DNA of 64,000 bases, taken from Leucoraja ocellata. Its lineage: Eukaryota. The notes beneath the pieces are model-generated. The model ran no database searches. It saw only the letters and a program-made list of their open reading frames with translations, and had not been told where the DNA came from. Of the stretch, positions 51,865-63,514 are shown piece after piece (the stretch's first letter is position 1; each line of letters starts with the position of its first letter). Position numbers and translations under genes: made by a program. The stretch spans positions 186,001-250,000 of the forward strand of contig JAWMAR010001141.1 of assembly GCA_036785375.1 (NCBI GenBank). The letters run 5' to 3'.

Positions 51865-52125
51865 CTAAGAAGTCACAGTGGCATAAATACTCTGCACAGG
51901 AGAAGGAGCTTTCTGACGGGCAAGCTGGCTGACGCTTTGAGATGTAACTTCTGAATAGGTGACATTGTCCTCCCCAGTACTGGAGTGAGACCCTGTCGAT
52001 TTGCTTTGAACTTGCACTTCTGCATACACAGTTTGATATTGATTAGAACAATGGGCAGCTTCCTTGTTGCTTCGAATGTCTGACAGTGTTGCATAAACGA
52101 TGCTCCGTTTTCCTGCTGGCAAACC
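51865..52125 (-). CDS. Gene C exon 6: ITIM/ITSM cytoplasmic exon
   Basis: tcttttgtttttcag|; matches ORF 51865..52122; IVYATL, TVYAEV, VTYSEV, SIYATV then TAG; candidate AATAAA on the minus strand at ~50958-50963. Confidence 0.9.
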   Translation of the reverse strand, partial: GLPAGKRSIVYATLSDIRSNKEAAHCSNQYQTVYAEVQVQSKSTGSHSSTGEDNVTYSEVTSQSVSQLARQKAPSPVQSIYATVTS

Positions 52126-55100
52126 CTGAAAAACAAAAGAGGAACCAAGGTTTGTCTGATGATTTGTGTTCAGTTTTAGTCACCATGTCATAGGAAAGAT
52201 GCTGTCAAGTTGGAAAGGGTGCGGAGAAGATTTGCAAGGATGTTGCCCAGACTCGTGGGCGTGAACTATAGGGAGAGGTTGAGCAGGCCAGGACGCTTGG
52301 AGTGCAGGAGGATGAGGGGTGATCTGATAGAGGTGTACAAAATCATGAGAGGAAAAGATCGGGTAGACGCACAGAGCCTTTTGCCTAGAGTAGAAGAATC
52401 GAGAACCAGATGATATAGGTTTATGATGAGGGGGGGAAAGATTTAATAGGAACCCAAGGGGTAACTTTCTACACAAAGTGTGGTGGGTGTATGGAACGAG
52501 CTGCTGTGTATGTGATCATGGCTGATCATCCAAAATTAGAACCCTGTTCCTTTAAAACAATCGTCTGATCTGTATGCATAAAATAACCTTGATGCATCTT
52601 GATGCGTTTGATGATAAAGGAACCATAGAACCATTGAAGCAGATTAGTGACTTGATTAGTGAGGTTGGATTACAGAATTTTGTAAATTCTCAATCCACGG
52701 AGAATTCATACTTTGCCGTCTTTACCTGCATTTCATTGTTATTTGCTCTGGGAGGTTTGTTCCCTTCTGATTCTGGAAAACACAATGTTAACATTGAAAG
52801 AACATGTCAGGGACATTTTTAACCAGCCATCTTGATGCATATAGAGTAGGGAGGAACTGCAGATGCTGGTTTAAACCGAAGATGGACACACAATGCTGGA
52901 GTAACTTAGTGGGACAGGCAGCATCTCCGGAGAGAAGAAATGGATGGCGTTTCAGGTTGAGACCCTTCTTCAGACCGTTCTCTCCAGAGATGCCTATCCT
53001 GCTGATTTACTCCAGCATCTTCAATCTGTCTTATGTGTATAACCAGCATTTGCAGTTCCTTCCTACACTTTTATTCATGAGAACCACGGGGGCACCACAA
53101 GCCCAACTAGGTGGGTTACCTCTGGGTGCTCCGTTTCCCCCTACATCCTAAAGACATGCACGCCTGTAGGTTAATTCCCACTGTAAATTGTCCCTAGTGT
53201 GTAGGCGAGGGGTAGAATCTTGGGGAAATTGATAACAACATGGAGAGAACAAAGTTGAATAAAATTAGTGTGTAGAAAGGACCTGCAGATTAATGAATTA
53301 ATGAATAAGTTTATTTGCCAAGTATTCACATACAAGGAATTTGCCTTGGTGCTCCGCCCCCGCAAGTGACAACGACAAACAGTGACAGTTAGGAATGACT
53401 GTTAAGAATGCTAGTTTACACCCAAGATAGATACAAAGTAGTAACTCAATTGATCAGGCAGCATCTCTGGACGAAAAGTGTGGGTGACATTTCAGGCCGG
53501 GAACCTTCTTCAGACTGGATAAGATTATTGTAGGACTGGAATAAAGAGATGTTTGATAAAGGGCCTGTTTCAGTGCTGTATCTCTCTCCCTCTCTGCAGG
53601 AAATGATCACATACATCATGAAAGGATGAAGGAAACATAGAAACTCACTCCTTTGTCTACACATTAGGCACCAAAGTAGACCAGCAAATATCACCACGAG
53701 AAGAACTCCAGCAATACTGAGGTAAATTATGGGTCTATGGGACAGAGAAAGCAAAAAGGTTACTCTTGTTTCATCATTGATTCCTATCCTTTGGTAAAGA
53801 ACAAAAGTCTAACATCTGCAGGGTATCTTTCATGAGCTCAGGATAAGTCAAGCCCAGTCAATGGAGTGCACACATTGCTGTAATGTGGTAAACACCAAAG
53901 CCAATCTGCCCACAGCAAGTTCCACAAACAGCAGTGCGATAACGACCAATGATTGTGATGTTGGATAAAGAATAAACCCAACTCAACCCAACAGTAGCGC
54001 AGCATGGAGTTGATGCCTTACAGCGCCAGAGACCCAGGTTCAATCCAGACTACAGGTGCTGTCTGTAAGGAGTTTGCATATTCTCCCTGTGATGAAGTGG
54101 GTTTTCTCCGGGTGCTCCGGTTTCCTCCCACATCACAAAGACGTGCGGGTTTGTGGGTTAATTGGCCTTGGTAAATTGTCCTTAATGTGTAGCGAGTGGA
54201 TGAAAAAGCGGGATCACATAGATCTAATATAAAAGGGTGATCGACGGACAGCGTGGACTCGGAGGAACGAAGGATTTCTTACCATGCTGTATCTCTAAAC
54301 TAAAGTAAAACTAAACTAATTGTGTGTGAGATCTGGGCAGTGGCATTGTCCGTGGTCGATATATCTGCCGATTGGTTTACAAATGCTCACAGCTTACAGA
54401 TTTACAAAGGAAACACCCCTTGTTCAAAACCAGTGGACAGTCAATAAGTGTAGGGAGGAACTGCAGATGCTGGTTTAAACCGAAGAAGATAGACACAAAA
54501 TGCTGGAGTAACTCAGCGGGAGAGGCAGCATCTCTGGAGAGAAGGAATGGATGACATTTGGGATTGAGACCCTTCTTCAGGGGAGAAGGAGATACAGAGA
54601 TAAGGAAGTGTAAGGTGTGAAAACGAAACAAAGGGGGTGGAGATCAAGGAAAATGTAGAATAGATCATTGTTAGCTGGGAGACGGTAACAACAAAGTAAA
54701 CAAAGATAAAATATAATTGGGCAGAGTCAGACTGGTCGGAGTACTGGAAAGGGAATGGGATGGAGTCAGGGAAAGCAAGGGATACTTATAGTTGGAGAAG
54801 TCAATATTCATACAGCTGGGGTGGAAGCTGCCCAATAGGAGGTGCTGTTACCTCTAATTTTCGCTGATAAAGGAGGAGGCCCAGGACAGAAATGTAAGCA
54901 TGGGAACGGGAGTGGGAGTTAAAGTGTTTACCACCGGACGGTCAGATAGGCTTAAGCGGACTGAGCGAAGGAGATCAGTGAAACGATCGCCAAGCCTGCG
55001 CTTGTTCTTGCCGATATAAAGGAGTCCACACCTGCAACTGTAGATGAGGTTGGAGGAGCTGCAAGTGAACCTCTACCTCACCTGAAAAGACTGTCAGGGT

Positions 55101-58100
55101 CCTTGGACGGATTCGAGGGGCGAGGTATAGGGACAGGTGTTGCATCTCCTGCAGTTGCAGGTGAAAGTACTTGGGGACGGGGTAGTTTGGGTGGTAAGGG
55201 ATGAATTAACCAGGGAGATGTGGAGGGAACGGTCTCTGCAGAAAGCCGAAAGGGGTGGAGATGGGGAGATGTGGCTAGTGGTGGGTGTCAATGTCCTGCC
55301 AAGTTTAACTGTTGTTTCTTTAATTTAGTTTAGTTTATTATAGTCACGTGCATCGAGGTTCAGTGAAAAGCTTTTGGTTGTGTGTTATCCAGTCAGCGAA
55401 AAGACTATACACGATTACAATCAAGCTGTCACAGCATATAGATTTGTGATTAAAGGGTAGAATGTTTAGTGTAAGATAGAGTCCAATAAAGTCTGATTAA
55501 AGATAGTTGGAAGGTCTCCAATGAGGTAGATGGGAGGTCAGGGTCGCTCTCTAGCTGGTGAGGGGATGGTTCAGTTGCCTGGTAACTGCTGGGAAGAAAA
55601 TGTCCCTGACTCTGCAGGTGTGCGTTTTCAAACCTCCATACATCTTGCCTGATGGGAGAAGAGGGAGTGACCAGGGTGAGTGGTCCTTGATTATGCCTCT
55701 CTGGCATTGTAAGGCAGCAACTCTACCGCTGCACCACCATGCCACCCTCGACAACCTAGAGTTACTCCAGTACTTTGTGTTGTACTCAAGGTTCCAGCAT
55801 CCAGCCAGGTTAATTCCCGGGATGGTGGGACTGTCGTATAATGAAAGAATGGAGCGACTGGGCTTGTATTCACTGGAATTCAGAAGGATGAGAGGGTATC
55901 TTATAGACACATATAAAATTATTTAGGGATTGGACACGCGAGATGCAGGAAACATGTTCCTGATGTTGTGGGAGTCCAGAGCCAGGGGCCACAGTTTAAG
56001 AATAAGGGGTAGGCCATTTAGAACTGAGTTGAGGAAAACCTTTTCACCCAGGGAGTTGTGAATCTGGGAAATTCTTTACCACATAAGGCAGTGCAGGCCG
56101 ATTCACTGGATACATTCAAAAGAGAATTAGATAGATTTCTTAGGGCTAGCGGAATCATAAAAACATAGAAACATAGAAAATAGGTGCAGGAGTATGCCAT
56201 TCGGCCCTTCGAGCCTGCACCGCCATTCAATATGATCATGGCTGATCATCCAACTCAGTATCCCGTACCTGCCTTCTCTCCATACCCTCTGATCCCCTTA
56301 GCCACAAGGGCCACATCTAACTCCCTCTTAAATATAGCCAATGAACTGGCCTCGACTACCCTCTGTGGCAGAGAGTTCCAGAGATTCACCACTTTCTGTG
56401 TGAAAAAAGGTCTTCTCATCTCAGTTTTAAAGGATTTCCCCCTTATCCTTAAGCTGTGACCCCTTGTCCTGGACTTCCCCAACATCGGGAACAATCTTCC
56501 TGCATCTAGCCTGTCCAACCCCTTAAGAATTTTGTAAGTTTCTATAAGATCCCCTCTCAGTCTCCTAAATTCTAGAGAGTATAAACCAAGTCTATCCAGT
56601 CTTTCTTCATAAGACGGTCCTGACATCCCAGGAATCAGTCTGGTGAACCGTCTCTGCACTCCCTCTATGGCAAGAATGTCCTTCCTCAGATTTGGAGACC
56701 AAAACTGTACGCAATACTCCAGGTGTGGTCTCACCAAGACCCTGTACAACTGCAGTAGAACCTCCCTGCTCCTATACTCAAATCCTTTTGCTATGAAAGC
56801 TAACATACCATTCGCTTTCTTCACTGCCTGCTGCACCTGCATGCCTACTTTCAATGACTGGTGTACCATGACACCCAGGTCTCGCTGCATCTCCCCTTTT
56901 CCTAGACGGCCACCATTTAGAGAATCAAGGGATATGGGGACAAGGCAGGAACGGGGGTACTGATTGTGGATGATCAACCATGATCACATTGAATGGCGGC
57001 GCTGGCTTGAAGGACTGATTGGACCTCTCCTGCACCAATTGTCTATCTATGTATCTATGTATGGATCAACAGTTTATTGTGTCTCTTGCTCTCACATTGA
57101 GAAGCAAGGCCAATCAAAACTTGAGCAAGTGAAAATTATACCCGGGCGCAGCGGTGGCGGGTAGAATATTTCCGGATGTTACTTTTGTAGTTGAAGTAAA
57201 CGCTACTGTTGTTGTTGTTGACGATCCAGGATTAGGTTCAGGTTCTGTTGAGAAAAGGAAATAAAAGACAATTAAAGATAGACAAAATATGCTGGAGTAA
57301 CTCAGCGGGACAGGCAGCATCTCTGGAGAGAGGGAATGGGTGAAGTTTCGGGTCTGAGGATGGGTCTCGGGCCGAAACGTCACCCATTCCTTCCCTCCAG
57401 AGACGCTGCCTGTCCCGCTGACATACTCCAACATTTCAAGTTCGTTCACATATTGTCACGTGCACCAATTAAGGTACAGTGGTATTTGAGTTATCATACA
57501 GCCATACAAGTTAAAACAGATAACGCAATACACAATAGTTTTAACATAAACATCCACCACAGTGGAATCATCATTCCTCACTGTGATGGAAGGCAACAAG
57601 GTTCAGTCATCTTCCTCCTTTGTTTACCCGTGGTGGTCGGGGCCTTGAACCCTCAGCACTGCCACTGCCGACGGCCCGTTCAAGCCCTCTCGTCGGGATG
57701 ATGGAGACCCCGGCGTCGGGGCGGAACGGAAACACTCCGCGGCTTCACGGTATTAAAGTCCACAAGCCCCGCGGTCGGAGAGCTTCCACAGCGATCCTCA
57801 GCAAAGGATCACAACTCTGCAATGTTAAAGTCCGCGTCGCCACTTGCGGCTTGAAGCTCCAGCCCGGTCTCCAGGAAAGGCCGCATCCATCCAGTGGTTA
57901 GTCCGCGGGGAGGGGACGGAGACGTGACACGGGGAAAGATCACATCTCTGTTGCGGTAAGTGACTGAAAACGGTTTCGCCCTCCCCTCACCCCCCTCCCC
58001 TCCCCCTCACCCCCCCCCTCCCCTCACCCCCCTCCCATCACCCCCCTCCCATCACCCCCCTCCCATCACCCCCCTCACCCCCCTCCCCTCCCCTCCCCCC

Positions 58101-61100
58101 ACATTAAAAACACAGAAACATTAAAACATACATTTTAGACAGACTGAAAATAACAAAAAAGTCGAAATAACACACAGGCTGCTGGCGAGGCTGCCATCTC
58201 GGCGCCACCCAGTGACGCATCTATCTGCTCTATAGATTGTGTGTCAATGTTCGATTAAAACAGCATCTGCAGTTCTTTCCAACACAATAAAAGACATTTC
58301 CCTGTTTGCCGTTTCATCATTATTCAAGATCCAGGGGCATCATCTGCACACTCCCAGGAGGGGTAAGAACAGAATTCGGCCAAAGCGCAAAGATCCCGGC
58401 ACTGATCCCTATGGTGCATCATTAAGGGCGGCACGGTGGCGCAGCTGTAGAATTGCTGCCTTACAGCGCCAGGGACCCGGGTTCGATCATGACCACGGGT
58501 ACTTGTCTGTCTGTCTGTCTGGAGTTTGTACATTCTCCCCCTGACCTGCGTGAGTTTTCTCTGAAAACTTCGGTTTCCCCCCACACTCCAAACACGTACA
58601 GGTTTACAGGTTAATTGGCTTGGTATAAATGTAAAACGTACCGTCAGATACTTGGAGCTGAACGTTAAACAATGGATCCAAGCCAGATGCATCAATTCCA
58701 CAGCTGTACCATCCTGTATCGCTAGAGTGAAAATCCTCCACAGTCACAGTAAATTTTCCTTGTGCCGGGTTATCTGTGATTGACGCTCTTCCACGTCTGT
58801 GTTGCCCATTTGTTTTCACTACAACTGAACACGAGCGAGTCCACCCATGACACCAGTATTTTGTGTGTGAACGGTACCGTGCTACATAGTAACAATCGAT
58901 TGTGATATTTTTTCCCACAACTCCTCTTACAGGTGTATTTGCCGTCAGAGCACCTGAAACTGAGAAGAAAAATCATCAGAACATGTACAGGACAAATCTA
59001 CTTAACACAGCGTTTGCTGTCCCACCCACTCTTCCCCTAATCAACGATGGGCCGAATGGTCCAACCCGTGTGTGGACATTCACTTACCCTTGAGCCAAGC
59101 ACAAAGTGCCCGTGTAACTCAGCAGATCTGGCAGCATCTGTGGAGGGAATGGACACGTGACGTGTCGGGTTTGGACCCTGCTTCAGACTGATTAAAGTAG
59201 GGCGGGGAAAGCTGGAAGAGAGGTGGAGATGGGATAAAGCCTGGCAAGTGACAGGTGGAAGGTAGACACAAATTGCTGGAGTAACTCAGCGGAACAGGCA
59301 GCACAACAAGTGGATACAGATGAGGGGGGAATTTTGACTGGTTCACGAGTGGACAAAGACTGGAGGTGAAAAGCGGTCAAAAGGTTGTCAGATGAGGAGA
59401 GATGAGAAGCAAAATGTAAAGACAGAGGGAGGGGTATATTTGGCAGTGGACAGGGTAGAAAAGGAAGAAGAGGCATGGGTTAAATGGTGCACAGGAAAGT
59501 GAGAGAAGGTAGGGGGGTGTGCAACGTAAAATTGGAGAATTTAATGATCATAAGATATTTTTCTATTGATTGAATTGATTGAAAAATACAGCATGGAAAG
59601 ATGCCCTTTGGCCCATCGAGTCCTCTTCACACTAAAGATAGACACAAGGTGCTGGAGTAACTCAGCGGGACAGGCAGCATGTCTGGAGAAATAGAATGCG
59701 TGATGTTTCGGGATTGGGACCCTTCTTCAGACACCCTTCTAAGTTACTCCAGCACTTTGTTTCTATCTTTGGTACAAAGCAGCACCTGCAGTTCTTTGGT
59801 CCTAACTGTTGACACTAGTTGGGCAGCACAGTAGCACAGCAGAAGAGTGGCTGCCTTACAGCGCCAAGGACCCGGGTTTGATCCTGACTATGGATGCTGC
59901 CTGTACAGAATTTGTACGTTCTCCCTGTGACCGCATGGGTTTCCTCTGTGTGCTCTAGTTTTCTCCCACAATCCAAACAGGAGTAGGTTTGTAAGTTAAT
60001 TGACTTCTGTAAATTACCCCAAGGGTGTAGGATAGAACTGGTGCACGGGTAATCGTTGGTCGGCTTGGACATTGTGGGCCGAAGGGCCTGTTCAAGGCTG
60101 TATCTCTAAAACTAACTAATTGTCATATTGCATTTAATGAGCTGTGAGAATATTCTCCAAGGTCCTTCTGTTCCTCCACACTCCCTCAACATCCATATAT
60201 TAATGTCTTTATTTAGACCTCTTTGTCAAATGTAATTCCTCTCACTTCTCTGGATTAAACTGTCTTTGTCACTTTTCTGCCCTACTGATTTGTCCATCCA
60301 TATACGCCCTGGGGTCAAAAGCCTTCTCCTCCCTGTCAACCATCCAGCTGACCTTTGTCTCATCTGCAGAGGACTTCACCACGCCCCCTACATTTATCTA
60401 CATAGATGATTCTTGCTATTGAGGGAGTGCAGCGTAGGTTTACAAGGTTAATTCCCAGGATGGCGGAACTGTCATATGCTGAGAGAATGGAGCAGCTAAG
60501 CTTGTATCTGGAATTTAGGATGAGAGGGAATCTTATTGAAACATGTAAGATTATTAAGGGTTTGGACACGCTAGAGGCAAGAAACATGTTCCCAATGTTG
60601 GGGGAGTCCAGAACCAGGGACAACAGTTTAAGAATAAGGGGTAAAGCATTTAGAACGGAGATGAGGAAACACAGAGAGTTGTCAGTATGTGGAATTCTCT
60701 GCCCACTCTCCGGAAACTTTCAAGAGAGAGCTAGATAGGGCTCTTAAAGATAGTAGTCAGGGGATTTGGGGAGAAGGCAGGAATGGGGTACTGATTGGGG
60801 ATGATCAAGCATGATCACATTCAATAAACAATGGACAATAGACAATAGGTGCAGGAGTAGGCCAATTGGCCCTTCGAGCCAGCACCGTCATTCAATGTGA
60901 TCATGGCTGATCATCTCCGTTCTAAATGGCTTACTCATTGTTCTTCAACTGTGGCTCCTGGTTCTGGACTCCCCCAACATCGGAAACATGTTTCCTGCAT
61001 CTAGCATGTCCAAACCCTTAATAATCTTAAAATAATTTTACAATAATCTTACAATAATCTTACATGGCAGTGCTGGCTCAAAGGGCCGAATGGCCTACTC

Positions 61101-63345
61101 CTGTACCTATTGTCTATTGATGAGTACTGAGGCTTGTGGATCCCTACAACAACCTTATCCCCCAAATGCACTTATATCGTTGACCTGTTTTATGGAGGGT
61201 AAACCCTATTTGCCATCTTTCCCATTTATAAACTAGGAAATAGTCACCTACACTTCACGCTGCCTTGCAAGGCCACCAGCATAATCATGGAACAGTTTCA
61301 TCCCAGTCACTCCTTCTTTACCTGTCTACCATTAAGCACGAGGAACAGAAGTTTGAACCCAATGCTCTAGATTCAGAGATAGTTTTCTTCCCAACTGTCT
61401 TCAGGCAACTGACCCATCCTCTCACTAGCTAGAGCGCAGTCCTGGCCTCCTATTTACCCCCGTGAACAATCAATAATTGGACTTTATTAGACTAAACTAA
61501 ACTAAACTAGTAAAGCAATGATACTAGATTACCGGAAATGATCTGGTGAATGAAGACAGTCAATATTGGCCTTCACCTGCATCTGAGCATCAGTGATAAC
61601 ATTGCAAAAAATAATTTACTTGGTAACAATAAATTATTAATATTGCATGCTGATGACTTTGACAAATATGCATAGTTGACGTCCAAGAACAAGAAGGAAA
61701 TGGCTACATTGCACGAGCAACCCACAGCCCAAGAGGAACTGGACGTCAAACAACATCTGAACTTTAAATAAGAGGAAGTGTTGTAAAATGGAGACAATTG
61801 TTTTGGCATTATTGCTTGGCTGCTGTTAGTGAGTGCAAGCAAGCAATAAAACAATGTTTCATGAATAGAAAGGGTCCCTTTGCACTTTGACACTGTTACT
61901 TTAGTTTAGTTTAGTTTAAGATGGAGCATGGAAACTGGCCCTTCGGCCCAACTTGTCCGTGTTGACCTAGTATCTTGTACACTAGGGACAATTTACATAG
62001 TCCATATTCCCTATTTATAGAGGCCAATTAACCTACAAATCTGTGCGTCTTTGGGATGTGGGAGGAAACCAGAGGACTGGTAAAAAAACCCATGCGGTCA
62101 CAGGGAGAAGGTACTAATTCCATATAGACAGACCCCTTAGTCAGGATCGAACCCAGATCTCTGATACTGTAAGGCACCGCTGTGCCACTGTCCCAGTCAC
62201 TTGTAATTGTCTCTGTTTTTCATTCACAGTTGCTTTGTGCTGTCAGATACATTGGCGGCCATGATTTATGTGTGGCACAGTGATGGAGACAGGAGGAGAT
62301 TGGAAGACCACACTCTAATATTGAGACAAAAGAGATTGCAGATGCTGGAATCTGGAACAACAAACAGCACACTGGAAGGACTCAGTGGGTCATGGAGGTT
62401 TGAAGGCAAAAAAGTGTAAGTTGTTCTTTCAGATCGAGACCCTGCATCAGGACTGAGAAGGGACAGAGATGTTTGGCAACATATAGATGTACTAATGGGT
62501 GGGAGGGTTGGGGCTGGTTGAGGAAGATGGAACTGGATGAAGAGGATATGTTTGATAGAGAATACACAAGCAGAACATGAGATGTTGATTGATAGTTCAA
62601 AACTCAATGGTATAAACATTACATTTTCCAATTTTGGGTAATTCACACCCTCTGGTGTTTTCCTCCCACACAAGCCCACCTGCCGATCCTGATTCAACCT
62701 TTCCTGCCTCCCTTGCTCAGTCCCGACACAGGTTCCTCTTCACGTACACAGATGCTGGCTGACCCTCTGAGTTCCTCTTTCTTGATCCACGCCCCAATAT
62801 TGTTCAGTTATCTTTACATCTGCAAGCATTTAACTATCTCCACTGCAGAAATGGTACACAAGACCCAGTTACATTCTGATCACCAAAATGAATATCAAAA
62901 TAAAACTACGGAGGTTAACAAAATCTAACACGAAAACAAAAAAATAATCAGGTGGTCAGGGCGCATCTGTGGGGAGAGATAGAGTTAGGTTTTAGGTCGA
63001 AGGATCTCTGATCTGAAAGGGTAACTCTTTTTCTCGGCACACCTGCTAAGTATTTCCAGCATATGTAAAGGAAGGAACTGCAGATGCTGGTTTACACCGA
63101 AGATAGACACAAAATGCTGGAGTAACTCAGAGGGACAGGCAGCATCTCTGGATAGAAGGTATGGGTGACATTTCGGGTCAAGACTTTTCTTCAGGCTGTC
63201 CCGCTGAGTTACTCCAGCACGTTGTGACTATCTCATACTTCCCGTAGAGTCTGGTCACATGACCGTCCAAATCAAGCTGTTACTTACCGGGCAGGGAATA
63301 CATGAGTAGCATTGGAATCCACATAGTTTTATCCAAGGAGACCAT
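51865..63345 (-). CDS. Gene C: CD300a/CD300lf-like (MDIR-type) inhibitory receptor, ~290 aa. Exons 63288-63345, 58642-58959, 57142-57244, 53649-53734, 52726-52772, 51865-52125
   Basis: Six exons, phases 1,1,2,1,0, open 873-nt frame: leader, V, Thr-rich stalk, neutral TM IIYLSIAGVLLVVIFAGLLWCLMC, tail with IVYATL, TVYAEV, VTYSEV, SIYATV. Confidence 0.9.
52726..52772 (-). CDS. Gene C exon 5: cytoplasmic spacer (KSEGNKPPRANNNEMQ)
   Basis: tgtgttttccag| acceptor, CAG|GTAAAG donor; converts phase 1 to 0 as required. Confidence 0.72.
53649..53734 (-). CDS. Gene C exon 4: uncharged transmembrane
   Basis: tctgtcccatag|; PIIYLSIAGVLLVVIFAGLLWCLMCRQR; A|GTGAGT. Confidence 0.87.
54448..55290 (-). mobile_element. 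Older Penelope-like element fragment
   Basis: ORF 55094..55291 (CRDRSL..CNCRRCNTCPY), degenerate GIY-YIG region and pLTR-like sequence. Confidence 0.7.
56160..56920 (-). mobile_element. Young CR1 LINE 3' fragment
   Basis: ORF 56255..56977: YRVLVRPHLEYCVQFWSP..LEFRRLRGDLIETYK..TRGH. Confidence 0.9.
57142..57244 (-). CDS. Gene C exon 3: mucin-like Thr/Ser/Pro stalk
   Basis: ccttttctcaacag|; EPEPNPGSSTTTTVAFTSTTKVTSGNILPATAAPG; GG|GTATAA; 103 nt. Confidence 0.82.
57980..58100. repeat. C-rich tandem repeat (ccccctcccatca)n, G-quadruplex-prone on the minus (transcribed) strand
   Basis: Direct reading. Confidence 0.8.
58642..58959 (-). CDS. Gene C exon 2: Ig V domain
   Basis: Matches ORF 58604..58918: ITIDCYY..KYWCHGWTRSC..DTGWYSC; ttcttctcag| acceptor, G|GTACGT donor. 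Confidence 0.93.
60405..61120. mobile_element. CR1 fragments in both orientations
   Basis: ORF 60406..60738 (VQRRFTRLIP..ESRTR) plus an inverted internal copy at ~60830-61030. Confidence 0.75.
63288..63345 (-). CDS. Gene C exon 1: signal peptide (MVSLDKT-MWIPMLLMYSLP)
   Basis: In-frame ATGs at 63345 and 63324; G|GTAAGT donor. Confidence 0.85.
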
Positions 63346-63364
63346 GTTAGCACTGACCTGCTGC

Positions 63365-63466
63365 TCAGTTCTTAGTCCTCAGACTGAACGGTCTGACAAA
63401 TATGGCATGTATTAAGAATGAGGAAGAAGGAAACAGGAAACCTGATTGTGAAACCAGAATGAGACT
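63365..63466 (-). promoter_or_regulatory. Gene C proximal promoter/5' UTR with ETS/PU.1-like GAGGAA and GGAA motifs
   Basis: + strand cagttcttagtcc ... aatgaggaagaaggaaacaggaaacctgattgtgaaaccagaatgag immediately upstream of the ATG. Confidence 0.55.
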
Positions 63467-63514
63467 GGTGATAAAATCTGAAACTTTAGAATTTGAAGTT
63501 GTCTCAGTTAAATT

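Noticed and set aside
58427-58500. tRNA gene calls at SINE heads
   Set aside because: A/B-box-like heads run directly into the SINE body; no full cloverleaf or terminator.
51865-63345. Assigning gene symbols PIGR, CD300A or CD300LF
   Set aside because: Single-V architecture excludes true pIgR, and one-to-one orthology in this lineage-expanded family cannot be shown without a phylogeny.
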